Positions 13,350-24,544 of a stretch of DNA of 64,000 nucleotides are shown here, one piece after another; within the stretch, counting starts at the first letter, position 1, and every line of letters begins with the position of its first letter. The notes under the pieces are model-generated. The model was not told the DNA's origin, did not search any database, and worked only from the letters and a program-made list of their open reading frames with translations. This DNA is from Caecitellus pseudoparvulus. Its lineage: Eukaryota > Protista > Bigyra: Bicosoecida. Location of the stretch: the NCBI GenBank assembly GCA_965644315.1, contig CBFFRQ010000024.1, forward strand, positions 1 through 64,000. Direction: 5' to 3'. Position numbers and translations under genes: made by a program.

Positions 13350-13600
13350 GGCCCCGTCTGACGCGTGGGAACCACAGTTCTCGCCGCGTGACAATGCAGC
13401 TTGCGTTCCAAGCAGGCCCTGCAGCAGGCGGAGCTGACTCGCGTCTCCAACACCGTGTCAATACACAGGCATCTGTGTGTGAATGCTAGCAAACGCCTAC
13501 ACTCTTCTTGCCCCCGTACTGAAGCACCGTGAAGTACGGCACGCAGCGTGCGCAAGCGCTCCCTCCTCAGCCCACCCTCGACGCCGGCCCCTGCCCCGCC

Positions 13601-15474
13601 ATGATGCCTGGAGGCACCCTGCGGGACCGCATGAACGCAACACAGCTGCGCATTACAATGGACCAGATCCATGCAGCCGCCAACCCGGCCGAGGAGCAGG
13701 TGGGTGTGCTCTGTGTCCACTTGTGTGCGCTGCCCTCCTGGTGCACTGCACCTTGCCGCCCGTTACGAAGCACAGGCTCTGGCGGAGCAGCTGATGAACG
13801 CAACGCCGACTTCCAGTGTCGTCTCGGATGATGACTTGTTTGACGGCCCCGCGGGCTTCTCGAGCGGCTTTGCGAACACCTCGGGAGTCAGTGGCTCATC
13901 GGTAAGCTTCGTGGCATGGCGCTTCGCGTCGCGCTGCATCTCGGCACTCACACTCACACTCACCACCCCACCGCGACGCCACGGCACAGTCCCCAACAGA
14001 CGGAGGACTTTCATTGGCTGTGCCCACTCCCCGGCCTGCACAGCGCAGCGCCTCTCCTGACTTTGAGAAGCAGGCCGTGCCAGCTTCAGCCACACCCCGC
14101 ACATCTGCCCTCAGCGCCAGCATCGCCGCTGACCGCGCCCGGGACGGCGTCATGCAGGTGCACCAGTTCAGTAGCGAAGCCGGGGACTGGGTGCAGGTGC
14201 CCATGGCCACTGCCGTGGCCGCAGCCACCCCCCAGCCAGAGGAAGCCGCCCCCCCTCCCACCCCAAGCGACACCCCAGGCGCCCCTGATGTCGACTCGGC
14301 GCCACCCCCCACCCACACCGCCCAGACATCCATTTCCTCCCTACCAAGCCTGGCCCCCGCCACGGGCATGCAGTACCGTTGGCAAATGACGCAAATGCTA
14401 GCCTCTTGCTCCGTGGGCGAGGTGCTCCGCGGCCTCGTTCGCCTCTGCAACCAGCAAGGCGGCTGCTGGTTGTTGCCAGGGCAGCAGCCAGCACCTGCTG
14501 CAGACCAGTCTTCCTGTGGCGCCGCGTCCAGCGCCTTCCAGCTGCGTGTCGCCGAGGACGGCGAGGCGGACTTCGACTTCCTCGCCTCCCCCGCGCCGCC
14601 AAAGTGGCCGGGCTGGGGGAAGAGGAATTCGCCGTGTGCAGCGCCGACAGCCAGCAGGAGGTGCTGCAAGTGCGCCTGCACCATACGACGTCCAAGGCAG
14701 GCAAACCCGTTCTGCGGCTCTTCTTCCGCCACCCGCCTCCGCCGGGCACAGAGGTGTTCGACCCGTCCCCTGTGCCCAGGGGAACGGGCTCCACGCCCAC
14801 ACCCTCGCCCACCGCCTGCCCTTCGTCAGCTGCTCCGGAACATGCCCACACCAGCGCCGGTGCACCTACCCAACCCGCCGTCCCCACCGCCCAGCCCCTC
14901 CGACTGCGGTCCAGGTCAGGGGAAGTCTTCACACCCGTCCCAGTGCAGGCCACGCCTGCAGCCCCAAACTTCACCCGCCCGACACCAAGACGCGCCAGCG
15001 TTCGCACTATCAGACAGCGAAGACACGAGCCCAGAGGGCGATGGCAGCGGCAGTGGCAGCGGCGCTGAGGAGGAGGAGGTGGAGACGGGCGGCCGCGGTA
15101 GCCACACGGGCCTGCAAGTGACGTACACGTCAGCGGGTGGCGAGGGGGGGAGCCTGGGCGGGGCGCTGGGCAGTGTGGCTGCAGTGCCCATGGGGCGGGA
15201 GGGTGCCGGACACCTCGCTGCGCACACAGCCCAAGTGGGCGCACCCGGCGGCGCAGACATGATGCGTCAAATTGCAGAGTACCGCAGAGCGCGGTACGGC
15301 AGACAGCCGCCAGCTAGCGAACAAGGGGTGCCTGCAGTGCTGGGCAAGCTGGCAGCAGGCCTGTCAGCCGAGCCCCGGCGCAGGCAGTTGCTGGAGAGTG
15401 ACGAGGATGCGCTGGCAGCCGCCATCGCAGCTGTGGACGGCACGGGGTCACAGGCAGCTGCGCCCTCGCTCTGA
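13601..15474 (+). CDS. Hypothetical Pro/Ala-rich protein, spliced and frameshifted
   Basis: gccATGATG at 13601, donor GAGCAG|gtggg, ORFs 13671-14060, 14014-15474 and 14379-15068. No domain recognised. Confidence 0.5.
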
Positions 15475-15817
15475 TCTTGCCTGGCCCGGCAGTAATGCAC
15501 ATGTACATGTAGAGGGGGTTGCCCCAGTCCCCTGCTGCTGGAGCCAGGCGGGGGCAAGCACGGGATGAAACGATGCCAGGTGCATTGCGGAGAGTCGAGC
15601 CACGTGCTCTAAACAGGCTGCCAAGTGCTGGCGTCACGGCACCAGCGCACAGGCCCCATTTGTGCAAGGCTTTGCTGCGTGAGCAAGCCTGCAGCCGCTG
15701 GATCATTTGAAGAGGTTGCCTGTTGTCCTGTGTGGGCTGCGGGCCAGACTCCCAACCAGCTTGCTCGGCCAGCTCAAAGTGTGGGCCCACATTCAGTGGA
15801 CCAAAGAGCACATGCTA

Positions 15818-16413
15818 TCACTGTGCCGAAACAGTGGCCGTCTCTGGACTGCCGCCTGGCACCATCTGCGCCGGAGAGAGAACGTGACCAATTTGCACAG
15901 CAAGCCCCGAGCACCCCGCCGCGGTAGGCGCCGATACGCACCATGGTGACGTGGTTGCCGTTCAGGAGGATCTGGTCCAGCTTCTCGGTCGTGGTTCCTG
16001 ACGCTGTCGTCTTGTTGTTGCGCAGCACAAATGCATGAGAAGTGGTAAGGCCAAACAACTCGTGCACGCGGTACGCCACTCACTACTCCGTCACGTCTTC
16101 AAGCACCATGTTCACAAAGTCATCGAAGCCCTTCAGTGTCCCCACAAACTCGCGGTCGCCACGAAGAATTACCCACAGCTTGGACTGTGCAGCGGGGAGG
16201 GCAGGTGCTGCAGAGATAATGGATGCCACTGGCCAACGTGCGGAAATAGCCTCACCCCAATGCACTTGCCCACAAGCTCTGCGAGAGGGAGGGGAGGGAA
16301 AAGCATGAGGAAGCTATGAACAGCACTAATATCACCACAGCCCGTATCCTGCGGCGTTCACGTACCCAAGGGAGCAGCTGGGGCAGCCCTGTCGAGGAAC
16401 CGGAGTCTGCCAT
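15818..16413 (-). CDS. LSM5: U6 snRNA-associated Sm-like protein LSm5 (5 exons)
   Basis: Reconstructed protein: [16 protein letters not shown][74 protein letters not shown]. Four GT-initiated introns. The model needs +1 nt at 16370-16372 and an AA instead of AG acceptor at 16015-16016. Confidence 0.92.
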
Positions 16414-16899
16414 GTCTGGCGTGCAAACAAGCAGTTGCGAATCGCCGGAGATGGAGGTAACGAACTTGTCACGAAGCAGGTGGTCAGTCTCGGGTGGGTG
16501 TGTTCTTGTTTGAAAATTGTGGATTTGCACACATCCTACGTTGGGTGTGCACGGGGCCGGGTAACGCTGTGAGCTGCTGTTTGCAAGGTCTAGACGAGGC
16601 GTGGGTGTTTTCGCAAAAATCTCCGCCGAAAAAACTCAAATTTGCAGGAAAAGCCCCCGATCAGACTGCGTCCAACTGTTTACACGATGTACGAGCCCAA
16701 GTAAGCGCCTTTGCATTCTGCTTGATCGATCAGAGGCGCCTTTCGTGTGGATTTCACCTGCCGCCTGTCTGCTTGGGGCCAAGCGCAGATTCTTACGCAC
16801 GGCTGCGGGAAGCTCGTTAGAGGGAGTCGGCCTTCGCAAGCATGGGCGCTGTAAATCTTCTAGGCGCGCTTGTAGCTTGTAGCGTCGCTGGTTTCGTTG

Positions 16900-18288
16900 G
16901 AGCAGGTGCGCTGCGTGTCTGAAACTCCCTGCGTTTCTCCGTCTCTCCGGCACACACCTGGACTGCAATGCGCACAGACTTTGCGTATACAGACGTTCAA
17001 CGACACCTCTGGGCTTGTATTCCTTGGCTCAGCAACAACAAGCGACTGCTCTGGGGGAGCGACCGTACAGGTTCTCCAAGCTCCCGGTCCTATCTCGACT
17101 GCCAGGCACTGGTGAACTCTGCATGTCCTTCGCAGCATCCGTACCAGCCGAGGCACGGCAGTGCAGACGGCAGCGGGCGCATTCCTGGCCTGATTGTAAG
17201 TGCAGGGTGCCACAACCATGCTCTTCAAGGCTGAAAGTGCGAGCGTTTGGCCCTGCTTCCCTCGCAGTCCGAGGGTGTCACCACGCACACGTCGTACGAG
17301 ACGAGCACCAACGACCCCAGCGACAGTGACTACATCGCGTCAGCCTTGTCAGTGTTTGGCCACCGCGAGGCGTTCGCAGAGTCGCCAGACCCGCGGCGCT
17401 GTGATCTGCGCATGAGGTATGGACAGCTCTCGGTCACGCCGCACTAAACCGCGCAGCACCCCCTGCGCGACACCCACAGGCTCACTCCATCCAAACCATA
17501 CAAGCAAGGAGCTGTCTGGCGAAGGTCACCGGTGCCGTTGTCAGGGGGCTTTGAGGCAGGGTTTTCGTTTCAGATCTCAGACCATTCCCGCGTCTGCCGA
17601 AGGGTGCGCGATAAGGCCTTCAGCACTCGCTTGTACGAATCATGTATGGTGCACGGAGGGGATGGATTTGCATTCGTTCTGCACAACGATGCCAACCGCA
17701 CGGAGGCGCTCGGGGTGGACGGGGAGCGCTTGGGCTACACTGGCATCCGCAACGCCATCGCAGTGGAGTTCGACACGTGGTACAACCCAGACATTGGCGA
17801 CCTGTTCCACGACCACATTAGTCTGCAGGCCTCAGGCCCCCTAGCACCACTGGCCTCCAACCAGTCACAGCTGATGGGGGCAGCGAGGCCCCACCCCCCT
17901 CGCAGATGGGAGGGTGCACAGCGTCAAACTGCAATACTTCCCGCACCTGAAGTATGAGCTGCTCCAGCACTTTTCCGCCACCCCCCAGTTGGTCCCTTTC
18001 TCAAAGATGCAGGCGAATCACGTCGCATTGGCACCTTTGTTGTATACATCGACAACATGACTGCACCCTTGACAGCGGTGCCCATCAACCTGAACGTGGC
18101 AATGGACCTGCCCGACGGTCAAGCGTATGTTGGGTTCACAGCCTCCACTGGAAAAGCGTGGGGAGCGGCACGACATGTTGTCATGGTACTTTTGCGAGTA
18201 TCCAGGCTGTCCTAGGAGTGGCCTGGGCCTGGTGGATTGGCAAGCGACCCTTGATTTCATGGATGAGGATGAAGTGAACCCTCGATGA
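16900..18288 (+). CDS. L-type (legume-like/ConA-fold) lectin domain protein; start uncertain, frameshifted
   Basis: FNDTSGLVFLGSA, GFEAGFSFQI, GGDGFAFVLHN, LGYTGIRNAIAVEFDTWYN, DHISL, AYVGFTASTG..HDMLSWYFC. Stop TGA at 18286-18288. Confidence 0.8.
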
Positions 18289-18457
18289 AGCAATGCAGCG
18301 CCTTGCGCACACCCCCTCTCACAAAATGCAAAAACGGAAGATATGCAACCAAGTCGACACTTCATGTTTGCAAGCCATGAATCTGCTGAAGTGGCGACCC
18401 GTCCCCATTGCCATTCTGTAGGCGCCGCATGTGCCAACTCGCCGGCGCAAGTTCAGA

Positions 18458-20197
18458 ATGGCGCCTGGTCAGAGCCAGGGCCCGGTCCTCGTGCTGTGCG
18501 CGGCGACCCTTGCCTGCACTTTCCTCTGTAGCGTCCATTCCTTCAATGTCACATTGAGGGCGCCATCGCAGGGGGACTGGATTGCGGGTGACGAGGTCAC
18601 CGCGGAATTTGAAGTGTGGCGTTTGCACGGCGAGCAAGTGAGCAACGCCCTCATCCGCTTGGATGGCAAGTACCAGCCCTTCTGCAACATTGATCTGACG
18701 GACATGGCTGAGTCTGTGGTGGTGCAGTGCACTCTCCGGCTGGAAGCACCTCAAGTGCACTGGCTCCGAGTCTTCGTCTTCTCAGGGCAAGGCACGAGCT
18801 TCAAACAGCACAGCATCGTCTTCACGCAGATTCCTGCAGGCCTGCGTCAACCCCAGCCCTGGTGGTCAGGGCGGCTCCCAACCAATCACGTTGGTGCTGG
18901 CGACTGGCTTGACGGCTTCCGCTCCAAACGAAGCGACAAGCTAAAGCCTCCTGCGATGCTACCGACAGGGGAAGATGTCGTAGCTGCTGCAAGCAACCAA
19001 GTGAGCAGAGCTCCGGAGGAGTGCCGAGTCCAGCACTCGAATGCGTCTGCCCCCCTCTTGTGCACCTCGGCCTTCCACACAAGATCCCGCTCCAAGCTTC
19101 TTGGGCCACAGTGGACCAGTGCATGGAGGCGTGTCAGCGTCGCACAGTGGATTCAGCAAGGTGCAACGCCAACGTGTGCGGCAGCCTCCACTCTCGCTGC
19201 AACTTTCGCCACAGAGAGTTCAGCACAGCACGTGTACGACACGATTCAATCGTTGAAGGCACAGGACGCAAGTCTCGGCGTTGTCGTGTTTGTGTACGGT
19301 GCTGCTGAGCCCTGGTGGGAGACGGAGCAGTGGATGACTGTCCCCTGCATCCGCTTCGTTGTGTTGCCGGGCCACATGCGACTGTGGTTCCTGAAGCACT
19401 TCCTGACGCCAGAGACCTTGCAAAGTTGGTCCTGGCTTCCCACGAACGAGGCCCACCCCCCACTCCACGTGGTGTTCTTCGATGATGACGTGGACGTGTC
19501 CCGGCTCCAGCTGCCTGGCTTCATCGCAACCATGCACCGACTGGGCATCCACCTGGCACAGCCTGCCCACGATGCATCCTCAGAGACGTCACACGCGCTG
19601 CTCTTTGCTGGTGCCCACGGAACATCAAGCCCTGGCTCCTTCTCTACTTTTGTGGAGTGTGGGCCGGTTGTGGTTGCAGAGCTTGAAACCTTCAACTGCA
19701 TGATGGAGGTTGTGAATGAGTTTGGCGTCTCAGGCTACGGCTTCGACTTCTTATGGCCCGCACTCTGTGCACCCCACACCACCGCACTTCTGCATAACTT
19801 CACCATTCGTCACTTGAACAGGCAAGGGCTCTCAGCCAAGCCAAATGCCATGGGCCAGATGGCTGCCGATGGCATCGCAGCCCTCGCAGGGGCGTCGTTG
19901 GCTGGCCTGCTGCCAGACTTAGAGTGGGTGGCGCCAATGATGGGAGCCATCCGAACATCAGCACGGAAAACTATCCAGCGCATCTTGCAGTACTGCCCTG
20001 AAACCCGACAAAACTCTGACGAGGACCAGTGCACAGCGAGCGTCGTTGCCGCGCACCAGGCCGGCACTGCTCTGTCAGCAAGCAAGGCCCCGGGTCGCTG
20101 GAATCAGCACCAGCGCCCCATCTTGTTCCCCAACAAGACTACCTCCTTTCCTTGGGGCGAACTTGTCATGGGGCCGTCAGTGGAGGCAGCTCGATGA
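18458..20197 (+). CDS. Secreted/membrane DUF707 (GT-A-like) domain protein, intronless
   Basis: Signal-like N-terminus, then LWFLKHFLTPE, VVFFDDDVD, LGIHLAQPAH, TFVECGPV and GYGFDFLWPALC, all characteristic of DUF707. Confidence 0.75.
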   Translation: MAPGQSQGPVLVLCAATLACTFLCSVHSFNVTLRAPSQGDWIAGDEVTAEFEVWRLHGEQVSNALIRLDGKYQPFCNIDLTDMAESVVVQCTLRLEAPQVHWLRVFVFSGQGTSFKQHSIVFTQIPAGLRQPQPWWSGRLPTNHVGAGDWLDGFRSKRSDKLKPPAMLPTGEDVVAAASNQVSRAPEECRVQHSNASAPLLCTSAFHTRSRSKLLGPQWTSAWRRVSVAQWIQQGATPTCAAASTLAATFATESSAQHVYDTIQSLKAQDASLGVVVFVYGAAEPWWETEQWMTVPCIRFVVLPGHMRLWFLKHFLTPETLQSWSWLPTNEAHPPLHVVFFDDDVDVSRLQLPGFIATMHRLGIHLAQPAHDASSETSHALLFAGAHGTSSPGSFSTFVECGPVVVAELETFNCMMEVVNEFGVSGYGFDFLWPALCAPHTTALLHNFTIRHLNRQGLSAKPNAMGQMAADGIAALAGASLAGLLPDLEWVAPMMGAIRTSARKTIQRILQYCPETRQNSDEDQCTASVVAAHQAGTALSASKAPGRWNQHQRPILFPNKTTSFPWGELVMGPSVEAAR

Positions 20198-20410
20198 ACT
20201 GCTGCGGCTCCTGTGCAGGCCTGCACCTTGACTTCTAGCGCTGACAAATCCATTCATCAGTATACTTTGATACCACAAGGTGTGGAGACACATGTCAATG
20301 CATTGTGAGGGCTGCATAGGTCCCCTCCTGGCACTGGGGTGAGCCCCCACCCTCCTGCGTTTCTACATGAAACGCGACGCACAACGCCAGCTCGCACATA
20401 CCTGACAAGC

Positions 20411-23400
20411 ATGCCTGGGAGCCGAGCAAAGCGCTGCTTAGTGTTCTTTGCATCCTTTTCATATGCGTTAGCCACCCAGCTGCGCATCACTGAAGTCATG
20501 GTGGCCTCCCGCATGCAGCACCGCGACTTGAACGTGAGCTGGGTGGAGGTCACAAACTTCGGGCACCAGCCGTGGAACCTGACAGGGGCCTCCCTTTCCA
20601 CTGGGGACCACGTGAACAAGAACAACAGCGTGTACAGCGAAATAATACTGCAGCCCTTCCGCTCCGCACTTTTACACAGCGGGCTTGACGACAAGAAGGT
20701 GGACCAGGCGGTGCGGGAGGCGTGGGGGCTGCCATCTGACACGCTGGTGGTCGGTGTGCGGCCCTTCCGCCCCGATGCCGAGCCGCTTCACCTTTCAAGG
20801 GAAGCTACAGGGATGGTGACTCTCTTTGATGCAGGCGGGGTGCTTGTCTCGCGGGTTTCGTGGAGCTCCACGGCGCGGCCCGGTGTCGCGATGCAATGGT
20901 CAGCGCAAGGGGAGGCATTCGGGGAGGCTGTGGCAGGGGAGCTCGGGGCCTGGGAAAGCAGCAGCAACTCTAGCTCCGAGCGCGATGTGGGCTCGCCAGC
21001 CCTGTACGCCATTGCTGCAGTCGATGCAGTGCCTGGTTCAGCTGGCTTGGACCCACAGAGCGGCATTCAGTTCGGCCGCAGTTTCGTGGTCTCGCGTCCC
21101 CCACGTCCGGATGCGACGCCTCTGTACACCTTGACTGACTTCTCGCGACAAACACCAAGACCCCTTTTGGACCCACAAATCCCAGGGACCACTTCTCATT
21201 CACTGTTCGAGTGGGGCTCATGGCTGATCTTTGCAGCCAACACGTCGCAGCACGGAGACGAGGTGTGGGCGTGGCATGGTCACACGAATGCGTTCTTCCC
21301 ATCTCCCCCTGAGATACAATTCGACATCGTCCCAGGGCCACAGTCTTCATCTCCTGCCTTCTTCACAGCGTTTGATGGTTCGGTTTTCTTCGCCGCATCC
21401 ACGAAGGAGGGCCGACGGGAGCTTCACTTTCTGAGCCACTCCCCAGGCTCGGAAAGCCTGGCCCTGACCAACCTGGACGCAGCCGACAAGCAAGTGGAGG
21501 CTGGCGGCTCGCCCGCCCAGGATCCGTACGACCTTATGCATGTCCCACCCCTATCTTCACGGGCACCTCCGACCAATGTCGGCTGGCTGGTGTTCGGCGC
21601 CACGTCGGCCGCTAGCGGAACGGAGCCGTGGTTTCTTGCTGGGCCTTCGACGGTGCCCCGCATGCTGGCTGATGTGTGCCCTGGCCCATGCAGTTCTGCC
21701 CCAACAGGTTGGGTGCGATGGCGCTCTTCCCTCCTGTTCACGGCCGATGATGGCGTTCACGGCTCTGAGCTGTGGCGATACACCGGTGACATGGCTGGGC
21801 CAGCAGTGCTTGGGACAGACCTGCACATGGCAGCAGACATCGAGGCAGGGGCAGCTTCCAGCTCCCCCCGCTCAGGGGTTGTCTGGCGAGACACCTTCCT
21901 CTTCATAGCTGACACGGCAGCGCACGGTACTGAAGTTTGGGCGTGGAATGGCGAGGAAGCTCCGCAGATTCTGTTCGAAGTGCAGCGAGGACCCTCAGAC
22001 TCAGCTGTGCAAGCCCTCACTGAGTACCATGGCGCTATTTTCTTCACAGCAGTTGGAGCAAACTCGGGGCGTGAGGTGTGGACTTGGGAGGGGCAGGGGC
22101 GCCCAAGAATGCTGTTCCACCACCCGCCCGCAGGCTCCAGCGGCCTCGGCAGCGTGCGAAGTGGGGCACACTTCTGGCGCATGCAAGGCGAGCTTTTATG
22201 GGCAGCAGATGATGGGCGGCACGGAATTGAGGTCTTCCGAACGTACAGGCACCCCGACACGACGGATGCGCTGTGTGTGCCACTCCAGGAACAGAGCACG
22301 CTGGGGGGTGTGTGGGACTTGCGAAGCACGCTGCAGCCAGTCACGGAGCAGGCTTGCGCTTTCAAACTTACCGTGCCTGATTGCGACCATTGTCAGTTGG
22401 GGTATTCCATTGCTGTGGACGGCGCTGTCCGCTTTCCTTCCCAGCTGGTGGCGACATCTATCCTTCACAACGGCGGCAGGGGGGCAGCGTTCGTCTTCCA
22501 CCGCCTCGCGCTGACGGAGTTCACCGGTCCCAAGGCACCCTTTCAGTGGACCCTGGCCGCAACGCTCACCGGACTGGACGATCAGCCAGGAGATGCCTGT
22601 GGCACTTCTACCGCCTTGTCGGGGCCCTGGCTTGCGGTCGGGTGCCCCGCTGCGAATGCTTCGGCAGGCCGGGTACACATGTTTCGGTGGGGGCACGGAG
22701 CATGGAGACTGCACTCCACACTTCCGTCACCATCGACAATGGGCATGCAACCTGAGTTTGGGGCCGCCCTCAGCATGCACGCCCATGGGAGCGGAGCCCC
22801 AACTCTGGTCGTTGGTGCGCCGGGAGCGGATGTGGCGGGTGTGTCGGGCGCAGGAGCCGCGTCAGTGTGGGAGCTCCGCTATGGTCTTTGGGAGCATGTC
22901 CAGGTGCTGATGAGTGACACTGCTCAGTCCAGTGGCGAGTTTGGGGCTGCAGTCGGCTTGCACGGAGGGAATCTGGTCATCGGGGCACCAGGGATGGACA
23001 GCGGCTCTGGTGCAGCATTCATGTTCATCCGACTGCCGGAGCGAGCCGATCCATGGGCAGCACCAGTGAAATCTCGCATCCTCCCCCTTGATGATTCACG
23101 ATATGGCCACTTTGGTGCCAAGGTTGCCATAGACTTGAACCACTTTGCCGTGGCAGCTCCCTCTGCCGCGTCTGGCGCGGGGGCTGTTTGGGTGTACGCC
23201 TTTGACGCAGATCTGACGCACGTCGTGCTGCACGAGCGCATCACAGCTTTGGATGGGAAGCAGGGAGATGCATTTGGGGCAAGCGGGGTGGCTGTCGTGT
23301 CCCACCCTCCACAGGTTGTGGTGGCAGGGCCAGCTGGCGCCAGCGCTGGCATTGCCGGGGCCGGCGTGTACACTTTCGCAGAAGTGAACAGAAAGCGTCA

Positions 23401-24421
23401 TTGGTGGGCACAGCAGGCCAAGCTCAGGCCCTGGGATGCAGAGACAAGTGACTTTCCGCACATGGCCGTCGCTGCCTCGCACAGCCTTGGTGCCTTCTCC
23501 TCGCCCGGGGATGACTCGGCTGGCCCGGACGCTGGCGCCGTGCACGTGGTGTACCCGGCCTTCACTGCAGAAGACGTTGGACTGCAGGCAGAGCCTGGGA
23601 CAGCGTACACGTTCCCTTGCAGTAATGCTGAGTACCAGGCAACCCCAGCCTTCATCGGCACGTCTCCAACTTGCCGGGCCTGTTCGTCAGGACCATGCCC
23701 AACTGGCTTCTTTGAATCAGCACAGTGCACAGAGTCTGCTGACCGTGTCTGCACGGAGTGTAGCCCTGGGTGCCCTGTGGGTGTGCATACCACCTCAGCT
23801 TGTGGTCCAAACAGCGACATTGTCTGCGGTGGTGCACATTCCCAGCCCCTCCCACTGGACCCACTTGCTCCCCCTGATCGGGCCAAGCAAGCCCTTGCAG
23901 CGGGTGACCTCTCAGTTCCTGACATCCAAAAGCAGGCCCTCAAGTCGCTCTTTTCATCGACCCATGGTGCAAACTGGGCTGCCCATGCACGATGGCCAGT
24001 CGAGGCCACCGGCGACCCTTGCAGCGGTGCGTGGCACGGCGTGGCATGCGATGGGCTTCACAACATCGTTGGCTTAGCCCTCCCACGAGTGGGCCTCAGC
24101 GGGAAACTGCCGTCTGATCTGGCCAGCGCACTGCCCCACCTGGTGGAGCTTGACATATCCTTCAATTTCCTGACTGGCCACCTGCCAGACCTGTCTTCTC
24201 TTCACAACCTCCGGGTGCTGCACCTGGACCACAACTACTTCCTTGGCCCAGCTCCAGCTTGGCTGGCAACACTCCCGCAGTTGATCAGCCTGCAGCTTTC
24301 AACACCAGATGAGAGCAGGGGGCTGCACGAAGCCCCAATCGCAGGCTCTCCTTCGTGGCCGCTGGATCCCTTGCGAGACCGAGGCGTGCACGTGGTGGTG
24401 AACCAGCAACGCCCGGCATAG
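20411..24421 (+). CDS. Secreted multidomain protein: lamin-tail-like domain, ELWxxDGT-type repeats, FG-GAP propeller, TNFR-like Cys repeats, plant-type LRRs
   Basis: Single 4-kb ORF with a signal peptide. LRITEVM..SWVEVTN..NLTG (LTD). About 7 repeats like FTADDGVHGSELWRYTG. Repeats like EFGAAVGLHGGNLVIGAPG. CPTGFFESAQCTESADRVCTEC. DPCSGAWHGVAC..LSGKLP..LDISFNFLTGHLP. Confidence 0.85.
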   Translation: MPGSRAKRCLVFFASFSYALATQLRITEVMVASRMQHRDLNVSWVEVTNFGHQPWNLTGASLSTGDHVNKNNSVYSEIILQPFRSALLHSGLDDKKVDQAVREAWGLPSDTLVVGVRPFRPDAEPLHLSREATGMVTLFDAGGVLVSRVSWSSTARPGVAMQWSAQGEAFGEAVAGELGAWESSSNSSSERDVGSPALYAIAAVDAVPGSAGLDPQSGIQFGRSFVVSRPPRPDATPLYTLTDFSRQTPRPLLDPQIPGTTSHSLFEWGSWLIFAANTSQHGDEVWAWHGHTNAFFPSPPEIQFDIVPGPQSSSPAFFTAFDGSVFFAASTKEGRRELHFLSHSPGSESLALTNLDAADKQVEAGGSPAQDPYDLMHVPPLSSRAPPTNVGWLVFGATSAASGTEPWFLAGPSTVPRMLADVCPGPCSSAPTGWVRWRSSLLFTADDGVHGSELWRYTGDMAGPAVLGTDLHMAADIEAGAASSSPRSGVVWRDTFLFIADTAAHGTEVWAWNGEEAPQILFEVQRGPSDSAVQALTEYHGAIFFTAVGANSGREVWTWEGQGRPRMLFHHPPAGSSGLGSVRSGAHFWRMQGELLWAADDGRHGIEVFRTYRHPDTTDALCVPLQEQSTLGGVWDLRSTLQPVTEQACAFKLTVPDCDHCQLGYSIAVDGAVRFPSQLVATSILHNGGRGAAFVFHRLALTEFTGPKAPFQWTLAATLTGLDDQPGDACGTSTALSGPWLAVGCPAANASAGRVHMFRWGHGAWRLHSTLPSPSTMGMQPEFGAALSMHAHGSGAPTLVVGAPGADVAGVSGAGAASVWELRYGLWEHVQVLMSDTAQSSGEFGAAVGLHGGNLVIGAPGMDSGSGAAFMFIRLPERADPWAAPVKSRILPLDDSRYGHFGAKVAIDLNHFAVAAPSAASGAGAVWVYAFDADLTHVVLHERITALDGKQGDAFGASGVAVVSHPPQVVVAGPAGASAGIAGAGVYTFAEVNRKRHWWAQQAKLRPWDAETSDFPHMAVAASHSLGAFSSPGDDSAGPDAGAVHVVYPAFTAEDVGLQAEPGTAYTFPCSNAEYQATPAFIGTSPTCRACSSGPCPTGFFESAQCTESADRVCTECSPGCPVGVHTTSACGPNSDIVCGGAHSQPLPLDPLAPPDRAKQALAAGDLSVPDIQKQALKSLFSSTHGANWAAHARWPVEATGDPCSGAWHGVACDGLHNIVGLALPRVGLSGKLPSDLASALPHLVELDISFNFLTGHLPDLSSLHNLRVLHLDHNYFLGPAPAWLATLPQLISLQLSTPDESRGLHEAPIAGSPSWPLDPLRDRGVHVVVNQQRPA

Positions 24422-24544
24422 TTGCTCGTTCCTGGTCCCTCCATTGGCCACCCCCCCCTCCCCCCAGGTCGCCCCTACGCAGGAAACAGCAGCTGACAGG
24501 CTCGGCGACTGCACAGTGCATTTCATGGAAGCCTGAGCGCCTGC

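Noticed and set aside
13946-13963. (cactca)n microsatellite
   Set aside because: A short simple repeat, probably intronic, with no further structure.
16011-16082. Non-canonical GT-AA intron in LSm5
   Set aside because: It is a single case inside the error-rich zone. All introns I could resolve in the clean region are GT-AG.
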